A stretch of 64,000 nucleotides of DNA, taken from assembly GCA_016706865.1 (NCBI GenBank), contig JADJIS010000003.1:466030-530029 (forward strand), given 5' to 3'. The stretch's first letter is position 1. Every line of letters starts with the position of its first letter. Below, piece after piece: positions 38,061 to 46,452 of the stretch. The notes under the pieces were generated by a model that was not told the DNA's origin, ran no database searches, and saw nothing but the letters and a program-made list of their open reading frames with translations. The stretch comes from Bacteroidota bacterium. Lineage in GTDB: Bacteria > Bacteroidota > Bacteroidia > Chitinophagales > BACL12. The position numbers and the translations under genes are program-made.

Positions 38061-38358
38061 GACACGGGATATGGGACACGGGATATAGGACACGGGACAC
38101 GGGACACGGGACTGGACATAGGACATTGGAAATGTGACATAGGAATCCAAAATTGTATCGGGTATAATGTATCAGGAAAGCAATTGGTGGGATTTGCAAA
38201 AATTTCGCAAGAAATTTAAACTCCTTTCTTGTGAGTATCAAGTATCAGGTATCATGTATCAGGAAAACAAACGGTGGGATCAAATCAAATTTCGAAGAAA
38301 TTTAAACTCCTTTCTCCTTTCTCCTCTTTCCTTTCTCCTCTCTGCTCTCTCCTCTCTC
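38061..38358 (+). repeat. GACACGG/CATAGGA heptamers, two composite AAATTTCG..AGAAATTT hairpin elements, CCTYTCT heptamers
   Basis: The heptamers at 38061-38144 (12 units) start on the first nt after the rarA stop. Hairpins lie at 38200-38217 (GCAA loop) and 38287-38303. GTATC-type heptamers lie at 38233-38267. The CT block at 38307-38358 abuts the stop of the minus-strand gene. Confidence 0.9.
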
Positions 38359-39901
38359 ATTTTTGTTTTTTATTTATTATTTGTATATCATTATCTTCCA
38401 CAATATATTCCGGAAGTTTTTGACTGTCGAAGCTTTCAAATGCTCCAAGTTTGTAACCCATGTTTTTAAGTGAGTCGATAGTATTTTCTGGAGGAAACCA
38501 GGCATAAACATTTTTAGAGGAATAAAACATTGCATCTATTTCACACATCGATTTGCAATTAAAAATAATATCAACATCCGGGGCGATATTGTCGATCTCT
38601 CTATAAATTGCAGTGTTCCATAACTTCAAGTCCTTTTCGTTTTCAGTATACATGCTTTTGCCTTTAACATGGGAGAATTTGATGTCTCTAAATGAAATGA
38701 TATATGCAGAAATTCCAAATAAGGTGACAAATAAAAATGCATACTTAATATAATTTTGTTTAAAAAAATCTGAGATATAATCAATCACTACAATGAGTCC
38801 CTTGCTGAAGATCAAAATTATTAGTGGAGCAATATAGTATACATAGGAATATGATTTGGACTTCGCAATGCTAAAAACAACATATACGATTATTATGCAA
38901 GTAATAAATGAAATCCATAATGTTTTATTTTGCCCCTTTCTGAAAATGAATATTAACCCTAGAATAAGTAATAGTATGGAAAATTGTCCATACTGCTGTA
39001 AATATAAATTTAAATAATGATACCATTCTCCGGAATGTCCTTCCAAAACTTCCGTGAAATGTCTTTTATTAAATTCGTATTCATAAGCACTTTCTAATGG
39101 CCATTTTTTCCAAACGTAAATCTGCCACGGCATAAATGTCAGGAAACTAAGCAATAATGCACCTGTAATTTTAAGATATTCTATATTTTTATGTATAATT
39201 AATCTATCGAGAAGCGAATGAATTCCCCAAACACCAAATATGAACAATCCCGGAAGCCATTTATTTAATATCGCAATTCCGGAAAATACGCCAATTCCCA
39301 CAACATAAATAATACTCCCTTGTTTCAAATATTTTAAATAACACCAAATACTTAAAGTGGTATAGAACATAAATGATATATCATTATGATCCATGCCAAT
39401 TACTCCGGCCGTTTGTTCTAACTGGTAAAATGAAAAACAAAACATCAGAGCGGCAGCAAATCCCACCTTTTTATTAAATAAATAGGTCCCCATGCTTAAA
39501 ATAAGAATAGTAGCGAGCGCTCCCATGATTACACTAGGCAACCTTACGGCAAATTCAGTTGGACCTAGTAATTTAATACTCGCAGCAATTTGCCATAAAA
39601 AGAAAGGTTGTTTGTGTACCCAAATGTGATTTCCTGTCCACGAAGTATAATCATATGGTAAGACCGGTTCAGTTCTTAACATGGGTTTAAATGGATGTTC
39701 AGCCATGTTTTTACCAACAAGAGCATGATATCTTTCGTCATAATTATGTAAATAATTATCCTGCTCCGCAATAAACACTCTAATAAGAAAGGCACTTGTA
39801 AAAAGAAATAAATACATACCTGCTTTTATGTTTTTCAACATAAAAATAAATGCGATCATGCCTGATAAAAATGATAAATATATTAAATAGTCCTTTTCCA
39901 T
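38357..39901 (-). CDS. Glycosyltransferase family 39 / ArnT-like polytopic membrane protein
   Basis: 514 aa with more than 10 TM helices. The N-terminal loop DERYHALVGKNMAEHPFKPML is typical of PMT/ArnT-type glycosyltransferases. Confidence 0.75.
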   Translation of the reverse strand: MEKDYLIYLSFLSGMIAFIFMLKNIKAGMYLFLFTSAFLIRVFIAEQDNYLHNYDERYHALVGKNMAEHPFKPMLRTEPVLPYDYTSWTGNHIWVHKQPFFLWQIAASIKLLGPTEFAVRLPSVIMGALATILILSMGTYLFNKKVGFAAALMFCFSFYQLEQTAGVIGMDHNDISFMFYTTLSIWCYLKYLKQGSIIYVVGIGVFSGIAILNKWLPGLFIFGVWGIHSLLDRLIIHKNIEYLKITGALLLSFLTFMPWQIYVWKKWPLESAYEYEFNKRHFTEVLEGHSGEWYHYLNLYLQQYGQFSILLLILGLIFIFRKGQNKTLWISFITCIIIVYVVFSIAKSKSYSYVYYIAPLIILIFSKGLIVVIDYISDFFKQNYIKYAFLFVTLFGISAYIISFRDIKFSHVKGKSMYTENEKDLKLWNTAIYREIDNIAPDVDIIFNCKSMCEIDAMFYSSKNVYAWFPPENTIDSLKNMGYKLGAFESFDSQKLPEYIVEDNDIQIINKKQK

Positions 39902-40181
39902 TAATTTTTATTGTATTAAAATTGGATGTTCCCAATTCTAAATGCGGGTAATGCTATAAAATATTTCAATTTGTAAAATTACAAAATAAGATTTGAAGGA
40001 AAACCTGAGCGCCCTAGCAACTGCATTTTTAACATGAATAAAAGTCTGCTAAACTGCATGTGATTAAAAACTAGATTACACCAATATGTATATTTTTTAC
40101 TACACTGTATAAATACTACTTTTTTTCTTTTAGAATGTTTGATTATCTTTAATTGAATTAATTAATATTAAAGTGAGACCT

Positions 40182-42398
40182 ATGAAACTCCAGTTTTTAA
40201 TTCTTCTTCTTTTTTATCCTTTGTTTTCCTTCACTCAATGTAAGTTGGATTACAGTGGTTGGGGAACTCCGGTTTTTGAGGACGATTTTAATTATACCTC
40301 TATATCAGAATTATCACCCAAGTGGCTTTTTGAATACTATGGGGGAATTAGAACTCTTAATTATGATAGTGAATGGGGAAACATAGAAGATGAATTGTAT
40401 TTTCCAGATCAATTTGAATTACCCGGTGATGGAACTGTTAAAATAATTGCGGAAAAACTGGATACTCAGGAACCCTATTTTTGGGATGGCAATTTTCTAG
40501 GTTTCTATCATTATCATTCAGGATTACTTCGTGCAAATTATGCTAATAACGCGTGCAGTGGTTATGGACAAACACATGGTTTTAATTATGGTTTATATGA
40601 GATAAGATGTAAAATGCCCTCTCAGTCGGGCATGTGGGCAGCATTTTGGCTGCAATGGGGCCCCACTGAATTTGATATTGTAGAGTTATTTAATGAAGAA
40701 ACATTTACCGCAAGAAGGTTTCTTTCCAATGTATTTAATCATAATGAGTCTTATAGTTCTAGTGTTAATTTTTTATATGGTGCTGATGATGATCTATCAG
40801 ATGATTTTCATACTTATTCCTTAGTTTGGATTCCTGCCATTGGTGCAAATCCACCACAAGCAACGTTCTTTTTTGATGGTTATGAATTATATACTGTAAG
40901 GGCTCCGGAAGTTCCCGGAAATGTTTGCCCTTTAGATATGCATATTAACCTTGCTGTACACAGAGATAATGATCCGGCCGATTATGGAGATTTTATAATT
41001 GATTATGTTAGGGTTTACCAAAAAACGGATTATTCAGCGCCATACAAGGAAGAAGAAACATACATGAGTGCTCCGCTTGATTATTCATTTAATCCTGGAA
41101 GAGCAGCTTTTAACGGTAAAAATACTATTGCCGTAAATTCTAACGATACCAGGGTTTATTACAGAGGTATTGATAATAAGATGCATTTATATACCTGGTT
41201 AAATGCAACCAATAGTTGGCAAAATAGTTTACTTTACCTTGCAGATGTATCGGAAGATCAGAAAATTTCAGGTGATATTGTTGCCTCAGGAACTAATACC
41301 GTATTCTATAGGGGAGAGGATGAATATTTACAAAGTTATAGTAAAGTTGATGGTGCTTGGAAGCATACTTTTTTAGGAGTGTCAGACTCAGACCCCTTAA
41401 CACATAGAGTATCTTCTTCTAACAAATCAATATCAATGGGACCAGATGGGAATGTTTATTATAGAGGAGCAGATAATAAAATTCATAGATATTATTATAC
41501 TGATGGAATTTGGGAGCATGAATGGATCGACAACACCGTTCCCACTTTAGAAAGAGTTTCTGGTGATATCGCAGTGGCGCCGGATGGAAAGATATTTTAT
41601 CGCGGTAATGATGGTTTTATTCAATACTACTCATTTAATGGTACGATATGGCAACATTTTTGGATCGAATCAAATACAGCTGATGTTTCAACAAAAATAT
41701 CAAGTGAACCTAATTCCCTTGCAATTTCAAATGACAATAAAGTTTGTTATCGCGGCACGAATAATAAAATACACAGATATATTAATTCTGGTGATGCCTA
41801 TGTTCATTCGCAAATTACAGTACCATTTGTTGATTATCAAGTAAAGGGCAATTTACAATTAGGTAATAACGGGGAAATTTATTTTTTAAATGACGAAAAT
41901 TATATTCGTTATGTAAAACCTGGTCTGGTTGTTTGGAAAATGTATGAAATTGAAAATAAAACTTGGTATGATCCAAGGATATCACCCTATTTTACTGCTG
42001 CCGGAGTAGGTAATAAAATTTATTGGCGACATGAAGATGGTGACATTTTTAATTATTATTTTGATGTATGTGAAAATTTAAATCCCGTTGAACAAACCTG
42101 GATCTGCGAACCCTATTGCGAACCAATATTTAAACATGCGAATACCAGTTTCAACAAAGACTTGCAAATTGAGATTTATCCAAACCCAAGTTCAAATTTT
42201 TTAAATGTTGAATTTACCCAATTAATGCCGGAAATGATAGTAAATATATACGGTTTGAACGGTGAAAAAATTTATTCGCTTTCATACAACAATATCTACA
42301 ACCTGACAATAGATGTATCTGCAATTTCTAATGGTGTTTATTTTATTGAATTTATTACTAATGAAAACACAATAGTTAAAAAGTTTATTAAAGAATAG
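40182..42398 (+). CDS. Glycoside hydrolase family 16 fused to a repeat (propeller/lectin-like) region and T9SS sorting domain
   Basis: ATG 40182. GH16 catalytic motif WGPTEFDIVE (E-x-D-x-x-E). About 8 repeats of the (V/F)YYRG.DNK(I/M)H.Y type. C-terminal IYPNPSSNFLNVEF...GVYFIEF. Confidence 0.88.
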   Translation: MKLQFLILLLFYPLFSFTQCKLDYSGWGTPVFEDDFNYTSISELSPKWLFEYYGGIRTLNYDSEWGNIEDELYFPDQFELPGDGTVKIIAEKLDTQEPYFWDGNFLGFYHYHSGLLRANYANNACSGYGQTHGFNYGLYEIRCKMPSQSGMWAAFWLQWGPTEFDIVELFNEETFTARRFLSNVFNHNESYSSSVNFLYGADDDLSDDFHTYSLVWIPAIGANPPQATFFFDGYELYTVRAPEVPGNVCPLDMHINLAVHRDNDPADYGDFIIDYVRVYQKTDYSAPYKEEETYMSAPLDYSFNPGRAAFNGKNTIAVNSNDTRVYYRGIDNKMHLYTWLNATNSWQNSLLYLADVSEDQKISGDIVASGTNTVFYRGEDEYLQSYSKVDGAWKHTFLGVSDSDPLTHRVSSSNKSISMGPDGNVYYRGADNKIHRYYYTDGIWEHEWIDNTVPTLERVSGDIAVAPDGKIFYRGNDGFIQYYSFNGTIWQHFWIESNTADVSTKISSEPNSLAISNDNKVCYRGTNNKIHRYINSGDAYVHSQITVPFVDYQVKGNLQLGNNGEIYFLNDENYIRYVKPGLVVWKMYEIENKTWYDPRISPYFTAAGVGNKIYWRHEDGDIFNYYFDVCENLNPVEQTWICEPYCEPIFKHANTSFNKDLQIEIYPNPSSNFLNVEFTQLMPEMIVNIYGLNGEKIYSLSYNNIYNLTIDVSAISNGVYFIEFITNENTIVKKFIKE

Positions 42399-42408
42399 GG
42401 GGGAAAGG

Positions 42409-42494
42409 GGAAATAGGAAGTAGGAAGTAGGAAATAGGACTTACTTATCTTAGGTCCTACGTCTTCCTACTTCCTACTTCCTACTTCCTATTTC
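42409..42494. repeat. Long inverted repeat built from TAGGAAG heptamers (about 31-bp arms)
   Basis: Left arm GAAATAGGAAGTAGGAAGTAGGAAATAGGAC (42409-42440), right arm GTCCTACGTCTTCCTACTTCCTACTTCCTACTTCCTATTTC (42454-42494). It starts 11 nt after the GH16 stop. Confidence 0.9.
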
Positions 42495-42531
42495 ACATTT
42501 TTCCTTACCTTTAACCTAAATTCATAATCAA

Positions 42532-42864
42532 ATGCAACCAAACCTCGACGACAAACTCTGGAAAATGGCGCAAAAACGCGTTTCATTTCGCAGACATAGA
42601 ATTGTATTTATACTTGTGAATATTGCATTGGCAGTAATTTGGTATTTAAGTTGGGATCAGACCGCTGAAAGGGGACCACTCACATATTGGTTTTTGTATA
42701 CTTTATGTGGATGGGGAATTGGTCTAGTGATCCATTATTGGAATGCATATCATGATGATGAAAGTTCTGTTGAACGCGAATACAATAAACTCAAGGAAAA
42801 TAAAATAATAGAACCTGAAAAAAAACCTGCTGAGCAAATTAAATCAGTAAACGAAAATCAATAA
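42532..42864 (+). CDS. 2TM domain-containing protein
   Basis: 110 aa. KRVSFRRHRIVFILVNIALAVIWYL plus a second helix YTLCGWGIGLVIHYW, as in the 2TM family. Confidence 0.75.
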   Translation: MQPNLDDKLWKMAQKRVSFRRHRIVFILVNIALAVIWYLSWDQTAERGPLTYWFLYTLCGWGIGLVIHYWNAYHDDESSVEREYNKLKENKIIEPEKKPAEQIKSVNENQ

Positions 42865-42868
42865 TTTT

Positions 42869-44218
42869 TCAGGGATTTAATTCTACATCGTAGTCTTTTA
42901 AATAAAAATTTCCGCTGACTGGACCTCTTTCAGTTTGGGCAACAAATACATACATTCCTTCCGGATAATTTTCAACATTTAAAAGGAATTTATTAGTTTG
43001 GAGCGTATTAATATTTTCTGATAATATTTTTTCTCCTTCCAAATTATAAATAACACAAGAGAGTTCATTTTGTTTTATACCGGGAATTTCTATGGTAATT
43101 CCATCCATTGTTTTTGCAGGATAAAATTTAATTGCTTGTTCCACAGGATCGCGATAATTTAATTTATTGTTCTCAAAATATCCGGTGGTATCGTTTTCAC
43201 ATGCTTCCCATTGTGCGCCTGCTTTATACCACCAGCTTGCAACAGTATCGGTCTCGAAAAAATTGATCAGCATTTTTGCTTCCTTATATTTACCGATCTC
43301 CTCTAAATGAAATCCACCTCCGGTGTCGTCATCCCTGTAATCTTCGCATGGCCAGGTGAGAAAATCTCCACCTCTCGGATTAACACCATCCGCCCAAAAA
43401 TATGGTCCCCAATTTACATAAGGTGCAACACGTCCTTCTCCCTCAAAATCCAATAAAGGATCTCCATTTATCTGCCGTTCAATTAATTCTTTTATTGCAA
43501 GATTTCCCCAATAACCTTTAGGCTCCACAAGAAAATCATATAACTCATGTTCGGGATGTGTGTATCCGGTGTAATGAAATCCGCTTAAATACACCATTTT
43601 TAAATTGGGCATACTATCGAGCATAACATGCATAAGGGTAGTGTATTGATCGGCAACATAATCAATATAATATGCAATATCGGGTGTATCTAATTCACTC
43701 TGTTCGAGGATCCAAACAATCTGCACCTGTTCCCAGGTATCATTGCGATTAAATAAACGACCTTGAAGCTCGTCCCAATAAAAAGTTGAAGTAGTATCTA
43801 TCATATCGTGCAGATCCTTGCCGCCATAAAAAAGCCCTTTCACGTTCATACACTGACTGGTTCCTTTCCAATCGTAATGTTTCATAGTATCAATAAACAT
43901 ATTATAGGCATTGGACGCGTTGGAACCACCCATTCCTATAAAAAGAACTTGGCCGTTATCATAACTCACTGTTCCTGCATCATTTAAAGGTTCGATGGTA
44001 TGTGATATGTCAATGCCTTTTTGTTGGTGCACAGCAGGTCGCGTATTGCTGCCACCCGGATATAATCCTCCCTGTATACCTTCGTAAAACCCTGTCCCTA
44101 GGTCGGTTAGCGGAATAAGTCCTGAGTTATCGTTCCCGCAATTTAAAGTTAACTGCGCATGGGAATACGGAGGAAATGCCAATACCAATAGTATGGTGAT
44201 GATCCTGATATTTTTCAT
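42869..44218 (-). CDS. Hypothetical secreted protein with probable (divergent) T9SS sorting domain
   Basis: 449 aa with a signal peptide (MKNIRIITILLVLAFPPYSHAQ). The C-terminal about 90 aa has a CTD-like pattern (KFYPAKT...GMYVFVAQT). The catalytic family is not recognised. Confidence 0.7.
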   Translation of the reverse strand: MKNIRIITILLVLAFPPYSHAQLTLNCGNDNSGLIPLTDLGTGFYEGIQGGLYPGGSNTRPAVHQQKGIDISHTIEPLNDAGTVSYDNGQVLFIGMGGSNASNAYNMFIDTMKHYDWKGTSQCMNVKGLFYGGKDLHDMIDTTSTFYWDELQGRLFNRNDTWEQVQIVWILEQSELDTPDIAYYIDYVADQYTTLMHVMLDSMPNLKMVYLSGFHYTGYTHPEHELYDFLVEPKGYWGNLAIKELIERQINGDPLLDFEGEGRVAPYVNWGPYFWADGVNPRGGDFLTWPCEDYRDDDTGGGFHLEEIGKYKEAKMLINFFETDTVASWWYKAGAQWEACENDTTGYFENNKLNYRDPVEQAIKFYPAKTMDGITIEIPGIKQNELSCVIYNLEGEKILSENINTLQTNKFLLNVENYPEGMYVFVAQTERGPVSGNFYLKDYDVELNP

Positions 44219-44287
44219 GTGTGTGTATGCAAGGCAAATGTAATATTTTTATTGAATTTCGGAAAGGCAATTTAGGTAAAATACAAT

Positions 44288-45706
44288 TTACACCTGCTTA
44301 AGGAACCATTCTTTCATAAGAAATTCACTTTCAAGAATTTCCTTCCTGAGTTTATCCGCATTTTTTTGATCAGGATCTAATTTAAGTTTAATCATCAAAT
44401 TCATTAATTTACAAAATGTAAGTCCCGACGTTTTAATAACACCTTCAATAGTCTCAGAATTGTAATTAATAAAATGTTTAAAACTGTCAATATAGGAATG
44501 CAATACCTGGAATTCACCCTTCTCAAAATAAATCATGGCCTGCAAAGTGCGTAAGCTGTATTTGATCACAATATTTTCTGATTCTATAGGAATTAAATAT
44601 TGGTGAGCAGCTTCAGCTTCTCCTTTATAAAAACTTATCCAGGCATTACATAAATTAATAATATGACTGCGGACTGAAGCAGATATCAGCGGGCCATATT
44701 TTTCGATTACTTCCTCAGCATATTGTATTTTACCCAGGATCAATGACGTTTGTATGATATTTAATAATGAGGTGTAAGCAAAATCAGCATGTAATTTCCA
44801 GAAATTTTTATTTAATCGGAAGTCATATATCTCAAACATTTCATTTAACCATTTTCTTTCTCCGGTTTCGCCTCTCGGGAAAACAAAATCAATTAATACA
44901 ACAAATAAATTGGCGCTATCGTTGGCCGGCAATGACTGATCATCCTCAAATAGAATTTCTTTTAATTTGAAATAGAATTCCTCATTCCCTGTAATGGCTA
45001 TTTTTGTCGCAAGGTAATATGCATTAACAAAGCTATCGTTGCTAGTTAATCCTTTCTCATAAATATATAAATAATGTTCTACAAAACTGTAATCAAATTT
45101 TTCTTTTACAATCTTACTTGCTCTAATATGATTCAAAATATGAAGTAAAGATTTACCTAATGCATAATCCATTATTTTTTTTGGTCGATCAACATCTAAC
45201 ATCAGTTTAGTGATATTTTCATGTTTGTTTCGGTTCCTTCTGATATGCAAATTGATGGTATAATCATCTATCCGTATTTTCTGATATAATTTTTTGGGAT
45301 GTGGCAACTGCGATTTGTCAATTAAAAGATCCGTTTGTTTAATATTTTTTTCTAAAAGATTAAATAATCCTGCTTTTAATAATGCCTCGTTCCTGAATTG
45401 CGCAATATCATGAGGTGCATTATGAAATTCTTCCTCCGCCAAATAATTAATTACAATTTCCAACATATCAGAACATAAATTTCTGTAATAGGAATCACTA
45501 AAATTTTTTCCCGATATTTTTTCACAAATTTGTTGTTTCTGAAGTTCACTTATTTCAAAATCCGGTGCAAATTCCTTTATCTCCTCCCAAAAACTTAAAA
45601 GAGTTATTTTTTTAGTGAAATACGGTGACCTCAAGTAATCTGAAAACGTTTTCAGGTCCTTTTTCATGAACTTCTGCAACACTTCCTGTAACTGCGTATT
45701 TTGCAT
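44288..45706 (-). CDS. Hypothetical all-helical (TPR-like) protein
   Basis: ATG 45706 (MQNTQLQEVLQKF). The track extension to 45826 translates the heptamer block (MSYVLFPISY) and is rejected. Confidence 0.7.
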   Translation of the reverse strand: MQNTQLQEVLQKFMKKDLKTFSDYLRSPYFTKKITLLSFWEEIKEFAPDFEISELQKQQICEKISGKNFSDSYYRNLCSDMLEIVINYLAEEEFHNAPHDIAQFRNEALLKAGLFNLLEKNIKQTDLLIDKSQLPHPKKLYQKIRIDDYTINLHIRRNRNKHENITKLMLDVDRPKKIMDYALGKSLLHILNHIRASKIVKEKFDYSFVEHYLYIYEKGLTSNDSFVNAYYLATKIAITGNEEFYFKLKEILFEDDQSLPANDSANLFVVLIDFVFPRGETGERKWLNEMFEIYDFRLNKNFWKLHADFAYTSLLNIIQTSLILGKIQYAEEVIEKYGPLISASVRSHIINLCNAWISFYKGEAEAAHQYLIPIESENIVIKYSLRTLQAMIYFEKGEFQVLHSYIDSFKHFINYNSETIEGVIKTSGLTFCKLMNLMIKLKLDPDQKNADKLRKEILESEFLMKEWFLKQV

Positions 45707-45773
45707 ATACGAATATAAAACGTTTTCTGGAAAGATAGAAAAATTTATAATTTGATAGTAGGCGGCACCCGTG

Positions 45774-46000
45774 AGATATGATATAGGAAATAGGACATAG
45801 GACATATGACATAGGACACAGAACATAGGAAAACAAAGGGTGGAGTTTGCAATAATACTTACTCCTTGAAGCTCTCGCTCGCATCGAGGTTTTCACTAAT
45901 GAAAATGTCCATCACCAGTAAGGCTCTCGCCATTAGGGGGTCTCACTAATGATAATCTCCATCACCAGTGAGGCTCTCGCTCCCGCCGAGGTCTCTGCTT
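45774..46000 (+). repeat. ACATAGG heptamer block followed by three tandem AGGCTCTCGC...GAGGTCTCAC hairpins (period about 50 bp)
   Basis: Heptamers at 45774-45836. Hairpins at 45867-45897, 45918-45947 and 45968-45996, the same family as 32771-32801. Further hairpins are TTCGC-TAAGAGA-GCGAA (about 46024-46040) and CTTTAGTTTA-CAAGTA-TAAACTAAAG (about 46067-46092). Confidence 0.85.
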
Positions 46001-46115
46001 TGTCTTTTACCTTTATTGAGACCTTCGCTAAGAGAGCGAAAGCCTCAAAACTCCCGCCGGATGGGACTTTAGTTTACAAGTATAAACTAAAGGAAGTTAT
46101 ATATAAAGACAAATT

Positions 46116-46378
46116 ATAATTCGAAGCAATTTGCTTCAATATTACAAACTGCGACTGCGACGGGCCCCCTGCCCCAAAGGGGAGTTAAGTTTTTCAAAAA
46201 TTAAAAATATAATTTCGAAGCGAAAATCTCCAATGTTACAAACTGCCCACTGCCCACTGTTGACTGTTTACTGCCCCAAAGGGGAGTTAAGTTTTTCAAA
46301 AATTAAAAATATAATTTCGAAGCGAAAATCTCCAATGTTACACACTGCCCACTGCCCACTGCTCACTACCCCTACTAC
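46116..46378 (+). repeat. About 2.7 tandem copies (93-102 bp) of the element ATAATTYCGAAGC...CAATRTTACAAA + CTGCCCA heptamers + CCCC-AAA-GGGG hairpin
   Basis: Unit starts at 46116, 46209 and 46311. CTGCCCA blocks at 46243-46277 and 46345-46372. CCCCAAAGGGG at about 46172-46182 and 46274-46284. Confidence 0.88.
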
Positions 46379-46452
46379 AATCTCCATTTTTTCTCCTTGC
46401 CCGATTCATTAAAAATGAGTCAATTTGCAGTATAAAATTTCAAACCTTTTAT

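Noticed and set aside
46131-46412. Track ORF 46131..46412 (+), 93 aa
   Set aside because: It is a translation of the approximately 100-bp tandem element (repeated CPKGELSFSKIKNIISKRKSPML) and is most likely non-coding.
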